Part shown: positions 41,624-54,339 of the stretch, piece by piece
Layout: each line of letters starts with the position of its first letter
Position numbering within the stretch: position 1 is the first letter of the stretch
Assembly: GCA_951406725.2 (NCBI GenBank)
Contig: OX597823.1
Span: 48,980,001-49,044,000 of the forward strand
DNA: 64,000 nucleotides
Direction of reading: 5' to 3'
DNA from: Octopus vulgaris
Lineage: Eukaryota
Program-made: the position numbers and the translations under genes
The notes under the pieces: generated by a model
The model's database searches: none
What the model was told of the DNA's origin: nothing
The model's input: only the letters and a program-made list of their open reading frames with translations

Positions 41624-43322
41624 CTCTTCTATTTTTTTAATTGTAAATTTTCCACTGAGGAGGAAGCCAGTTTCCGACAAAGATACAAGGCTCCATGTAG
41701 TTAACACTAATTCACATTTGTAACTTGAGAAAAATCTTGCATATTTTTACTGTTACACTCACAGATTGCACTTGTAATGTATGAATCAGCTGGTCAGTTT
41801 CTCTTTCTGAAAATCCCAGTTTATCCAGATTCTCTTTTAAGCATTTATTAACAAAACCTAGTGCTCCAACTATTATTGGTATGAATATAAATTCATAGCC
41901 TGGATATAGAAGCTGGATGTTTCAAAGTAGTTGTCCATAGATATCCTCTTTTTCTTTGATTTTCAAAGAAATATTTATAATAATAATAATAATAATGAAA
42001 TTATTGTATACAGTGCTCAGGTGCACCACAACTTGTCAGAAAGTGCATATAAAGTGTATGCAGTAATGTCCAAATGTCTGGAAAGCGAACAATGTATGAG
42101 TCAGATACATGCTTCTGTGTGTATGGAGGAGAAAAAAATCAGGTGTAGTGTTGGCGAATCTCAGAAAGCATAGAAGTTTTGAAGGATGCAGTGCTCCGAC
42201 AACTAATAACTAATGCCGGCAGTTTGCTCTATGCTTCAGCAACTCTCAGCGTGAAAGAATGTTTCCTAAAGTCATGGGAGCAGTGCTGTTTTCTGACTTT
42301 GTAAATATGCCCACGGGTGTTAGACGGGTGGAGTTTGAAAAGGTGTTCAGAGTTATTCTTATAACTGCAGGGCAGCTAACCTCTATGATGGTACATACCA
42401 TTGCCCCTCTGTCCCAAACAACAATATCTGGCCTATTATGCTTACATTTGACATGTTTTGATGGGAATATTCCACCAGTATTCCTTGAGTTGGTGTTTAT
42501 GAATGTATTCCACAACAGAGGGATTTTCTAAGTTTATTTCAGTACAGTCTTTTTTGCGGATGGCATTGTAAACTGCTTTAGCAACAACATTGTGCTGCAT
42601 AGGGTGGCAGTACTGTGACGACATTTTAGGGCAGCTACTAATCACTTGTGTAATGTCTTCTGTAGAAACATGACATAACCTATACATGCAGTTGCACCTT
42701 GGGAATACAAGAGCGTCACTGTCTCTCTTCTTCACCAGGTTCTTTGTGGCACTCTCCTGTTCCTGGATTGCAAATGCATAGCCTTCAAAGAGTGATGTGA
42801 TGTAGTGGTCTTGTGTCCAAGAGAGGCTGTGCTTCATGTCAATTTTACTGTCTTCCTCAAGCTTCCTAGCAACATGCCCATGCATGGTCATTTTTTTGTA
42901 TACTGAGTGCTTTCCATCCAGGTCTTCTCTGAGGTACGAGAGCCCAGCTGTTTTGGTGCTGTATAGGAGATCATCAGAAAGAGAATGTTTCTTGAGGAGT
43001 TCACTGCCAACTCGTACAATGTTGCTCACTTCATTTTTCAGGACTGCATTAATATATTTATTTTTACTGTTGTTGTTTAGCAGATGTTACCTGAGTGATA
43101 CCACAAGGTATTCGAAGGCCAGCTGCACTGATATCAGGCCTCTACCACCATCATTTCTTCTTAGGTACAGCCTGTCAATATCACTGTTTCTGCGAAAGTT
43201 CCCAGTTGATGTCAGGATTTTGCAGGTTTTGATATCTATTGAGTGGATTTCCTCTACAGATCAATCAAATATCCCAAATGTTGGTATCAGCACTGGCACT
43301 GCAAAGGCATTGTGAGATATTG
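41624..43322 (-). mobile_element. R4/Dong-clade non-LTR retrotransposon, 5'-truncated (RT thumb, CCHC, restriction-like endonuclease)
   Basis: HNAFAVPVLIPTFG; DIDRLYLRRNDGGRGL; FAIQEQ..TKN; RLCH...EDITQVISSCPKM...HN.VAK; HNRPDIVVWD...IIEVSCP; KEKEDIYG.L...IPIIVGALG. Confidence 0.92.
41981..42358 (-). mobile_element. CR1/L2-group LINE 3' fragment nested in the R4 element
   Basis: LFKLHPSNTRGHIYKVRKQH....RKHSFTLRVAEA.SKLP..V.S....SFK; (att)n tail; ttataa duplicated at 41975-41980 and 42359-42364. Confidence 0.88.
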
Positions 43323-44622
43323 AATGTATGTATGTATGTATGTATGTATGTATGTATGTATGTATGTATGTATGTATGTATGTATGTATGTATGTATGCA
43401 TGTATGTATGCATGCATGCATGCATGCATGTATGTATGTATGTATGCATGTATGTATGTATGTATGTATGTATGTATGTATGTATGTATGTCTTTTAAGT
43501 ATTCTTTTTCATAAAGGTGCAATATTCAGTGATTTAAGCCTTAACTCATTTCATTACAAAATATGACTTCATTGTAGTAGCCATGTGTTATATAAGACTA
43601 TGCTTTACAGATGTCATAGCTGTGAGTTATGTAAAATTTTGATAGGAACAGTATTTTTAACATGAGAATATGCTCAAAAACGATTTTCAGGAATATCACT
43701 GACTAGAAATTTTAAAATCTTTGTAATAAGTTAACAAAATAAGAAAAAAATAATTTGTATTCTAAGCAACATTTTCATTAATCCTTACTTCCAAATTAAA
43801 ATTCCTAATCCCAATAAATATTATGAAGAAAGGATTATCTCCCTTGTAATATCTGTCTGCTAGGGGGCACCACATTTGATTGTAAATATGTTTTTGCTTC
43901 ATTTCTAAATTCAATATTTAATTTACAGCATGGTATACTTGGAATAATCATGTTTATAAAATATCAATAGCTGGGAAAGAGTAAAAGAGAGGACAGGAGG
44001 CAGCAGTAGTTGAAGTAAGGGAAAACATTAAGGGTAGCCAAAGTGTTTGCACAATATGCAGACTAATTGCTGTTGAAAAATATTAAAGTGTATTTCCAAT
44101 GTATTTTATGGCAAGTAAACAATGTTTGTGTTTGGAATAAAGAAGTAGATACTTTATAGGATAAGATATATAAAATCCTTTTTTAAATTAAAATATTTTA
44201 TTTCATACACAAAGCATATTGAAATATTTTTATTTTCTCCAAAGTGGGTTGTGAGTGAAAAATGTTTATGTACAACTACTCTAAGAAGATGACTATCTCA
44301 AGTAAATGGATTTCGTAGATCTTATGATATTGAAACAAGGAATAAATTCACTTCTTACAGATAGAATGAATAAAATTTTTAATATTTGAAGACATTTTAT
44401 TATACTTAGTTTAATAACCCAATTTTACAATGCTTTGTTTTGAATCAATTCCCAAGACAATTGCTAATAAAATATACCCTGGAACAACATTGTTCCAGGG
44501 GTGTAGGGAATCTTTCACCTTCATTATAGGATTGATCCATCATACCCAGAATTTCGAGAGCTTTGTTTCAGTGAGTGTGTCAGGCTCACTTAAAGACCTT
44601 ATTATAATTTTGGCATGTTAAT

Positions 44623-45060
44623 GATCACCTCTGTCTACGCTGCATCCTTTGTGTCTGATGGCATCACTTTGTCTCCAACAATTCAGTGCGACACCAGTGC
44701 AAAATCACTTCACTCTGACAAGTCATCCTAATGAGACGTCTGCATTGGCTGGGTCATGCCCTCTGTCGTCAACCAGGAGAATTCATCTACGAAGCAATTG
44801 CCCCAGCTCCCCTTCAGATTTTGCGAAAACGATGTGGTGGACAATGAAAAACCTGGCTGATGGCAGTCAAGGCTGATCTGGAACCCAACCTAGGCCTCCA
44901 TGTCTATGGCGTTCGCTGCTGGAATAAGGAGTGGTTGGAGATCACACTGTTGTTAGCCTCAAATCGCCAGGCCTGGTCAGCATTTGTGAGAGTTGCAGCA
45001 TTGAGGATGAATGAACCCAGCTCAACCCACCCCGGGTGAATGCTGTCTCAAGACAAGACA
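44623..45060 (+). mobile_element. RTE LINE 3' fragment
   Basis: DHLCLRCILCV.WHHFVSN...RRLHWLGHAL...GGQ.KTW...KADL; tail caagacaagac. Confidence 0.85.
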
Positions 45061-47579
45061 TGTTAATGTATTTCTATTACTTTTAAATTGTTTATCACTC
45101 TTCTATGAATATCTAGTACTCTGATCATATAGGAGAACTTTTAAGATCAATACCTTAGAATGTTTGACATGAGACTACTCATGATCAGGAAAATTGCAGA
45201 GAGATCTTCAATACTGTGGTTGATGTAATTGTTTTACCACCTCCTCCAAAACTGCTGATCGTTGCCAAAAAATTTGAAACCATTTAAAGTTATTAAAATT
45301 GTTTAAGCTAATTAGTCCCAAAGAAATATATTGAGTTTGTTGTTTAATTTACTCTCATGCTATATAATATACTGTTAATCAGAGATTATTGGTTCTGCAC
45401 CACAGTAGCAACAGTAAGCCGTTACATCTCACTCAAGAGACAAGATGAGCAGTGCAGCATGGATGTGCAATGTGCATGATAGAATCATCTGACTCTGAGT
45501 GACAGCATTTGATTCAACAAAGCTCATGCCATTGTGTGGAGTTTTGTCATCCACATTAGTGGATGGCCCCAGGGTAGCTCTGGTGTCATGGTGGAAGGCA
45601 CTGAAACACCTAAAGAGTTGCTTCACTGCCTGATGAGATGAAGAACTGCAGTACCGTTAGTACACAAATGTTTACCCTAAAGCTATCAAAATCTTCAGGT
45701 TTACGCCTACAGCATGTCCAAACATAACTAGTTTACAGAGAAGACCTAAAGAAAAACTTACAATTCAATTATCAAGACTACTGAAGCATAGTAGATAGGC
45801 AGGTTTGTTGTTGCTATACTTCAACCCAAGGTTAGCATTGACTGAGTAGTGCTAGGATTAAAGGCAACCCAACCATGACCTCTTATTTTTGTATATCTAG
45901 TACTACATTCTTTTTCTTGTCAACTAGTAAAGTCTGGTTTGCAGGAAATTTGATTGCTATAACTTTGGTTCAAGATTAGCAAAGTTTGAGGTATGTGGTC
46001 AAACATTTTCCATGGCAGAAAACAAAAAAAAAATTACTTCACGTTTTATTTTTTTTATTTATACATCTTCCCGTCATCTTCTTGTTCATTTTTCTTTGGT
46101 TATTTTTCCTTACCCTATAACTGTACATATTTGAAGAGAAACCATTACGACTGATAGCTGCTTGAAGGAACAAAATGTTGTTATTTAACATTCTGGAATA
46201 AAACAAATCTTATTATTTCTATTAATCTTTCTGTTCTTGTGACATTTTCTCATAACTAAGAATACCTCTCCATAAATCATATTACAAAGCTAACAACTAT
46301 AATATTTCTAAAAAGTCAAACTAAGCATAACTTTCTATTTTCAGAGAAAACAAAAGTTTAATCAAAACACTTTGTTTTCTTTAAGTGTTATTTGCCTTAT
46401 TCGAAGTTATGTTGCAATCCTGCTGATATTCTGGAATATTCTTTGTTTCTATTTCCATTTTAAACAAATTCGGAAAGATTCTTCTTCAATCTTTTAACTT
46501 CTGATCAGTTCTCTGTTGAATACTATAATGTATCTAAAACAATAGGCCTCTGCAGTATAGATGCACATTTTATGAATTGACAAGGGAAGCTCTCAGGGGT
46601 TGCTTGATTTGCTAGAAATGGCAGACAAATATTTTTAAAATCACTACTTATCATACAAAAGATAAGATGGTCATGGATGGTATGCTCATTTATCATAAAT
46701 CTACTCATTTAGTTCTGATCTGGGACTAAATAATTATAGAATTTTTTATTTTAATTTTAGACCCAATTTCACCCTTGATTTCTGGCAAGTGTTTAAGAAA
46801 AAATTTAATAAATAAATATAAATTGTTTTTTTCTAAATTAAAAAATTCACCTATTTCAGATTCATTTATTCCATATTTTAGTAGAAACATTTCTGAACCT
46901 CTTCAAGTTACTGACTTAACAGAACTCAGCAGCTTCAAATATTTGCCATGAACACATGCATTCTCACTGGCTTGAGGAAATGGGTTCTGTGCATTCTTAT
47001 TGGCCTTGTGAAATGGGCTGTGTCCATATCAAAAGACAAGAAGATGAAGAACAACATAGTAGCTCATAACTAAAGAGAAATTATAATAAACAAGAAGCAC
47101 GATATAATTCTTTTCTATTTTCTGAATTTCTGTGAGTTACTTTGCAGCTAGACAGCAAACTGGTAGAGTTCTTCTAAGGTATAGGACTGAAATCCTTTCA
47201 ACATTTGATTTGAATTACTGCATTGAGTTCAAATCCTGCCGACTTCAACTTTGCCTCTATCTTTCAGGGTCACTAAAATAATGTGTGGTGGTTTGGAAGA
47301 ATTGGTAGAATATCAGAAGAGGTACATTGTGTTTATTTGTTCTAGTTAAGATGACAAATTATCAGAATCCTCAGGATGTCAGACATGGTGCTTAGTACCC
47401 ATTCTTCCAGCTCTTTACATTCTGAGTTCCTTTTTCAGAGTTCCTTTATTGACCTTTTATCCTTTCAAGGTCAATAAAGTAAGTATCAGACAAATACAGG
47501 GGTTGATGTAATCAACTAATTCCCTCCTATCTATAATAGCTAGCCTTGTGCCAAAATTTGGTTTAATATTTTTCCATTT

Positions 47580-47805
47580 TTTTTTGTTGCATTGAAATTA
47601 CTCTGTCAAATGTAATATTTATTTATTCATATTTTCAAAAATTAATCACGCATTATCTTGTAGCTTTGCAATATTGATGGTATGTTTGTTTATTTTTAGA
47701 ATGACATTGTAGGGTAAGTGTGAGTGATCAAATCTGGTCAGTTTGAATATAAGACAGATAGAATCTTTAGGCTTGATATGGCCAGTTTAAATACTAAAGG
47801 GTTAA
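47580..47805. mobile_element. piggyBac-type MITE
   Basis: Matches 13300-13540; ends aaatactaaagggTTAA. Confidence 0.75.
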
Positions 47806-48257
47806 ACTTAATTTGTTCTGGCTTTTTCAGTGAGATAAACTTAATTCATCTCATCTCCTGGTTTAACATCACCAGTTAGTCCTCAGATGCCAGTTGTAAG
47901 CCTTGGGGCTAGGTCTCTGATTTGGGGATTACACTTTCCTTTCCTCCCATTAGTCTTGGAGACCCTAAATAAACTAACAGGTCACGGGTACTATCTTTAC
48001 CTTTCTGACTTAATATTTTTAAAAATCTGTTACAATTATGTAGAAATTTTGTACTGGATGTGAAGGTTTTAAAATCAAATATCTCCACTAAAATCAGCCG
48101 AAGCATGGAAAATATTTCTTCACCATAGATTGGAATCCAACAATCAAATAGATAAGAAAGCAGATTTTTTTTTTCATTTTGTAAGAAATAAAAACAAGTC
48201 TGGTTTTGGTTACTGGTGGAAGAAAATATATATTTTGGATGAAGTCATTCATATTTT

Positions 48258-48474
48258 CACTCTTTAGCATTCAGATTAATCCACCAAGTGTAATGCTTAT
48301 TTACTTTCATTGTTTTGAACTAATCAGGCATTTTCATATAGCATCTACGTTTTGACGATGTCATTGTTAATTTCTAGAGTGACTGTGTAAGGTAGGTGTG
48401 AGAGGTTGTTTGGTCATTTTGAACATAAAACAAGTAGAATATTTGGGTGACATATGACCCAGTTTAAATGGTTA
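48258..48474. mobile_element. piggyBac-type MITE
   Basis: ctttagcattcagatt...gtttaaatggTTAA, same family. Confidence 0.7.
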
Positions 48475-48863
48475 ATTCAGAGGTGCAGACATCTCATCCA
48501 TAGACGAAGTTTCACTCCTAAAATTTAAGCTATCTGCTGACAAAATTTCTAAATAAAATCTCTTGAAAAATAGAGAAAATATGTTTAAACCTGAAAACCA
48601 ATACAGTAATTTGATAAAAGTTACACACTTATGATTTAGCAAAATTACCAATTCGTTATTTTTTCTCAGCACATGTTATTGCATGTGTTTTTATACATTT
48701 TTGTTAACAAGAGGGAGTGAAAAGTTTGCCCACTCCTGTTAAAATAAATCGGGAGATACACTTAAAATATAAACTATTTTACAGGAAATTCTCAACTGAT
48801 ATTTCGTTTTTGGATTTGGTTTGCAAGATTCTTTATATGAGTTCGTGTGTTGAAGCATATTCT

Positions 48864-49028
48864 GTTGTGTCTGGGGAGAGTCATTTTCTTTTTGTGCCTT
48901 ATAATGTAACACACTCAAGATGCAATGAAAATTTTAGGAAAATAAAAATAAGAAATAAGTGGAAACTTTACCGGTGAGTGTGTTACATTATAAGGCACAA
49001 AAAGAAAATTACTCTCCCCAGTCTCAAC
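48864..49028. repeat. Inverted repeat with 54-bp arms and 57-bp spacer
   Basis: 48864-48917 is the reverse complement of 48975-49028 with 3 mismatches. Confidence 0.9.
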
Positions 49029-49355
49029 TGATAATTTTAACTTTTTCTCTATGTAAATATACCTAGTTCTTTTTTGTCTGTTTCCTAAAATAAAGGTTTT
49101 TGAGTGCAAACCATCACCTTGCCACTCACCTTCTTTGAATTGCAAATTATAACAGTTGTTGCTTAAGTGAAAAGACTTCCTCTTCTTTCCTATCATCATC
49201 TAATATTTAGGGGATCCAGTCCTCTTCATTTTTGTCATATAAGTGTTATTTATGAAGGAAGTAAGCAGAGTCTGAGAGATTACTGATTATATTAATGAAA
49301 GGTTGTTATATAAAGTGTGTAGTGTTCCAAATCAAATAATTATTTCCAAGCAATT

Positions 49356-49389
49356 AAACCCTGATGAAAGTCTATTTGAACCTAGGTTT
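49356..49389 (+). ncRNA. Minimal hammerhead-like motif, degenerate
   Basis: aaacc-CTGATGA-aag(tcta)ttt-GAA-cc-TA-ggttt; stem I is perfect, stem III is damaged. Confidence 0.45.
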
Positions 49390-50305
49390 TGACTTCAGAA
49401 ATCAACAAACTTCAGATTGATCATTTGATGAAGCATAATGCAGAACACCTCACCCAAATATTTGATTTTATGCACTTAGCTCTAATTAAGTCCTAAATTC
49501 ATACAATTACAAAACAATGCACCCATTTATATTATCTTTATTCTTGTTATTGTTTTTATCATTTTTATTATCATCATCATCATCATTAGCATCACCAGCA
49601 ATGACATTATTGTTGTTGTTATTAAAAATTGATCATTTTTATTCTGCAAAATGTCAGACAGACAAAGTTGAAATTAATTAGTTACTACATTTGAAATAAA
49701 ATGTCCAAGTTGGGAGTAGAAAATGGAAAAATCTTCATTAAAATATGAGAATGAAATTTGTCTTTTGTTCTTTGATTTAGTTGTCTGAATCTCTGTGTGT
49801 ATGTGTGTGTGTGTGTGTACATGTGCGTGTGTGTGTGTGCATGTGCATGTACATGTGTTTGTGCACACGTGTATGTGCGTGTATGCATGTGTATGCTCAT
49901 GTATATATGCGTACATGTGTGCGTATTCAATTAAATTTGCTGCTTGCTATATTTATAGGATGTAATAACTGTGCAGTGCTCTCTCTCTCTCTCTCTGTCT
50001 TTCACACACTCTCACTCACTCTCTCTCTCTGTCTCTCTTTCTCTCTCTCTCCTTCTCCATATATGGCTATTGTGCACTTCATTAATTTATCAGTCAGTCA
50101 GCTACTTAAGTTGTTTCTCTCATCTCTTTGTCTGATTTTTCCTCTTTCCCACCTTATATTTCTTTAGTTTCATTCCTAGCATTTGCTCTATGTTCCACTG
50201 CTCTTTATTAATCGTTCATTTCCCTTCGATCAGTCTATTAATAATATAATTTTTCTGTCAATTTCTCAATCTTTCTGATTTAATCCACTTATCAGTTCAT
50301 CTTCC

Positions 50306-50349
<44 letters not shown>

Positions 50350-50954
50350 TCGTTCTTTCTTTCTTTCTTTCTGTCTGTCTGTCATTCTTTCTTTCTTTTC
50401 TTTTCTTTCTTTCTCCCAGCCCCACTCCCACTACTTCTACCCCCACCTCCTCACTCGCAATGATTGTCTGTCTGTAGAAACCAACTTCTGTTCATAAACA
50501 GATTCAAAACACTACATTGACGAGCAAGAAATAAATGTTTCATTAAACACTACCTAAATAATGACTGGTTTTAGCTTTGCCAGGTTAATTACAAACTATG
50601 TAAAGAAACAATGATAAAGCGCTGCATTCTAGTGGATTAGCACAATGGATGGTGTAAGAAAGTTTGTGAGTTCGGTTCCTGGTAGGAACAGCAAGTTTGA
50701 TGTAGATATGAAGAAACATTATAAATTGAAATATCAGTTTCGAATTTTGGCACAAAGCCAGCAATTTCGGGGAGGGAGGGAATAAGTCAATTACATCGAC
50801 ACCAATGTTCAATTAAAGTAAGTAATGGTATTAATAATAAGGAGAATGGAGATTTTTCACACCTGTAATTTATTTAATAGCTATTAAAGATGCTGTAAAT
50901 AACTGTTATATAAAATTGTGAATGTGAAAAATCTGTTCTCTTTATCATTATTGA

Positions 50955-50995
<41 letters not shown>

Positions 50996-51024
50996 TGTAT
51001 ATATATATGTGTGTGTGTGTGAAG

Positions 51025-51355
51025 ACGCATGGCTCAGTGGTTAGAGCATCAAGTTTATGATTGCGAGGTTGTGAGTTCGAAACCTGGACCAGGCTGCATG
51101 TTGTGTTCTTGAGTAAGGCACTTTATTTCACGTTGCTCCAGTTCACTCAGCTGTAGAAATGAGTTGTGACATCACAGGTACCAAGCTGTATCGGTCTTTG
51201 CCTTTCCCTTGGATAATACTAGTGGCATGGAGAGGGGAGGCCGGTATACATGGGCGACTGCTGCTCTTCCATAAACAATCTTGCCCTTGCTTGTACCTGG
51301 GAGGGTAGCTTTCCAGGTACAATCCCATGGTCAGTCATGGGCGAAGGAGGGGTGT
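51025..51355 (+). mobile_element. SINE family C, full length
   Basis: A box tggctcagtggttaga and B box gagttcgaaacc, then tgttcttgagtaaggcactt and the body shared with 12345-12625. Confidence 0.85.
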
Positions 51356-51597
51356 CTCATATATATATATATATATATATACATATATACATTATATATA
51401 TATGTATGTACAAAGTTCTACAAGCATGAATATATTCTGAACAATAAGATAACCCCAAATTTAATCAATAAAAATTTCTCCAAAACACCCCTCCATCACA
51501 ACCCACTCTACAGCCTAATTACCATTCAAATGAATGCCACAAACACCAGAAAAACTTTAACTCAAGAGAGACTGTATAAAGCCAAGCTTAGCATCAC

Positions 51598-51636
51598 AGT
51601 CTGATGATGTCTTAGCTGACAGAGACTTCTAAGATT
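51598..51636 (+). ncRNA. Degenerate hammerhead motif
   Basis: CTGATGA-tgtc(ttagct)gaca-GA[G]AC-ttc-TA-agatt; stem II is perfect. Confidence 0.5.
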
Positions 51637-51764
51637 CCATCAATATTATTTTTGTTAAATAATAAATTTGTACTCCACAAAAGTATGGAGTAACCCTTCA
51701 GATTAATGGAAAATTATTTTTATCATAACTGAACATAAAAATAAACATTAATATATTTATATAT

Positions 51765-51807
<43 letters not shown>

Positions 51808-51849
51808 TATGCATATATAAATATAAATGTATGTGTGTGTGTGTATATG

Positions 51850-52057
51850 TATATGTTTGTGTGTCTGTGTTTGTCCCCCCACCATTGCTTGACAACCGAT
51901 GTTGGTGTGTTTACATACCCGTAACTTAGTGGTTCAGCAAAACAGACTGATAGAATAAGTACTAGGCTTACAAATCATAAGACCTGGAGTCAATTTGTTT
52001 GACTAAAGGTGGTGCTCCAGTATGGCTGCAGTTAAATGAGTGAAACAAATAAAAGAA
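51850..52057 (+). mobile_element. SINE family A, 3' part
   Basis: tgtgtttgtccc..cattgcttgacaaccgatg..gatagaataagtactagg..gaaacaaataaaaga. Confidence 0.85.
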
Positions 52058-52065
52058 TGCATACA

Positions 52066-52101
<36 letters not shown>

Positions 52102-52129
52102 TACATATATATATATATACATATATATG

Positions 52130-52167
<38 letters not shown>

Positions 52168-52170
52168 TTA

Positions 52171-52320
52171 GTACAAGGGGTGCTGAAAAGTTGCTGTTTT
52201 GTGGTAAAAGAAAATGCAGGTGGGTGACTTAATTATGATTTTATTCAACCATATTTCCCACACAGATATATATACTTATTGAAGTGGTTCTTCAGTTTTT
52301 CTAAGCCCTGTATAAGAACT
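52171..52320 (-). mobile_element. mariner-derived MITE fragment
   Basis: tacaaggggtgctgaaaagtt TIR-like start; the body is reverse-related to 53095-53255. Confidence 0.6.
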
Positions 52321-52427
52321 TTATCTCAACAGAGACTGTATAAAGCCAGGCCTTTCACAATACCCTTAAATCCAGCATCCTCTCATATATTTAAAAGTTT
52401 TTGTAAAAAGTATTTGATACAATCAAA

Positions 52428-52731
52428 ATATTTAAAGAAAGTCTTTTTAAAAATAATTATTAACTATTTTTAAAAAGTAATTTAAAGAACAGAATATCAC
52501 TAAGCTTTGGGCAAGAAGTTTTCTTTTAGTACGTAAGTACTTTCAATATTCAACTTTTCAAACACAAAAGCCCAGAACACATGTGTTTGAAAAGCTGAAC
52601 AAAAACAAGTACTTATACACAAAATACACACTTAATGAAAACTTCTTACCCAAATGTTGGTGACATTCTGGTTTTATAAATAATATTTAAAAATAGTTAA
52701 TGACATTTAAAAAAAATCTTTCTTTAAATAT
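52428..52731. repeat. About 300-bp imperfect foldback (MITE-like hairpin)
   Basis: atatttaaagaaag / taactatttttaaa / cagaat.tcac / tttggg.aagaagttttc / taagtactt / cttttcaaacaca are mirrored around the loop at about 52567-52581. Confidence 0.85.
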
Positions 52732-53094
52732 ATATGCGACATGGTTCTTTTAGTAATAAAATCCATGCACAAGGCTTTGGTCAGCTAAGTTTTATACAGT
52801 GGGAATGAACACATATATAATAAAACAATATTTATATTTGTATCTTGGAAAAGTCATGATATATATATATATATGTGGGAGCAGCTGTCTTTGAAGACTC
52901 ATATTGTCATTGAATGCTCAAAAAGAGGAGTAGCTAGACAGCCGACAACTAATGAAGGGTCCTTTCTCCATGTTTACTTGTCCTGTTTTCCATTGTTTTC
53001 TCTCGTTGTTTATGTATTTAACTCATTTGTTCATGTATTTCATGTTTTTTGCACAGTTGGTTCATGTCCTGTATCCATATATGAATATATATAT

Positions 53095-53255
53095 ATACAA
53101 GGGTGTGCCAAAAATTTTCCTGGCTTTAACATTAAAAGGCCTGTTTGGAGGACCAATCTTCTGAGAATTTTTACAGGAGTTAGAAGACTGATGGACTACG
53201 GAAATAAGTGTGTGATTCTGAGAGTGCAATATGTTGAATAAAATCCTAATTAACT
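53095..53255 (+). mobile_element. mariner-derived MITE fragment
   Basis: tacaagggtgtgccaaaaatt TIR-like start; GVRRLMDYGNKCVILRVQYVE* resembles the mariner C-terminus. Confidence 0.65.
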
Positions 53256-53355
53256 ATATATATATATATATATATATATACAAACTCACATACACACTGA
53301 TCCTCTTGTATTTTCTTTTCGGTGCCCACTCATACATAGATATATGAACATACAT

Positions 53356-53773
53356 TATTATTATTATTATGGCTGCCCCTCGTTATCGAGTATGGCCATT
53401 GCACGAAGCTTAACTGTTATTGGTGCTGTGATCAAATGTGGCTTTTTAGCCCAGCTAAAGACTACAATGTCTTGTACAGAATTGGCAACTAAAACCTTTA
53501 CCGATAATAGCCGGCTGTAGTTGTAACTGGACTTCATGTACCTTTGCATGTCGTTTAAGCCCTCCTGCTGAATTACACTCTCTTCCACATGCCCAACAAA
53601 TATGATTAGTATGGTGTGTTACACCACCACCAGTGGCCTGGTTGTCACTCATCTGTCCCACTTTATGACTACGAAGATGACTCTTGAGTTCAGCTTTACT
53701 GTGGCAGGGTGTGTACAGACACTGCATGTCAGCATCATAGGAAGACCCTTCCCATCTAAAAGATTGAATGTTG
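53356..53773 (-). mobile_element. 5'-truncated copy of the C2H2-tailed RTE LINE with 12-bp TSD
   Basis: Homologous to 31410-31810; (taa)n tail; atgaacatacat at 53344-53355 and 53774-53785. Confidence 0.92.
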
Positions 53774-54086
53774 ATGAACATACATACATACATACATACA
53801 TGCATGCATGCATACATACATACATACATAAATATATACATACGTGCATATATACATGCATACTTACATACATACATACATACACACACACATTCATACA
53901 TACATACATACATGCATACATACATGCATACATACATACATACATACATGCATGCATGCATACATGCATACATACATACATACATATATACATACACACA
54001 CACATTCATACATACATACATACATACATACATATACACACACACATTCATACATACATACATACATACATACATACATACATACA

Positions 54087-54121
<35 letters not shown>

Positions 54122-54339
54122 GTTCTTGTTTCCTGTTTTTCCCATATTTCCTAATAGTTTACTTTCAATTTTTAATATTTGTTAAGATGGACATACACAT
54201 TGAAACCAGTAATATTTTATAAAAGTCAATTAATGTAACAAATATAAAAATACCCTGTCTGAATTAAAGTGAAAAAGAAGTAAAAAAATTTTTAACCATA
54301 CTTTCTTGCTGTTTACACTTTCACATTTGAAATATACTT

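Noticed and set aside
45625-45652. actgc-CTGATGA-gatgaaGAAct-gcagt hammerhead-like motif
   Set aside because: Stem I pairs, but there is no stem II, stem III or GAAA; probably chance.
46921-47068. Plus-strand open stretch NSAASNICHEH...EEQHSSS as a terminal exon
   Set aside because: No recognisable homology or partner exon, and a weak acceptor.
51025-51095. tRNA gene
   Set aside because: A and B boxes continue into a SINE body found elsewhere in the window; no convincing cloverleaf.
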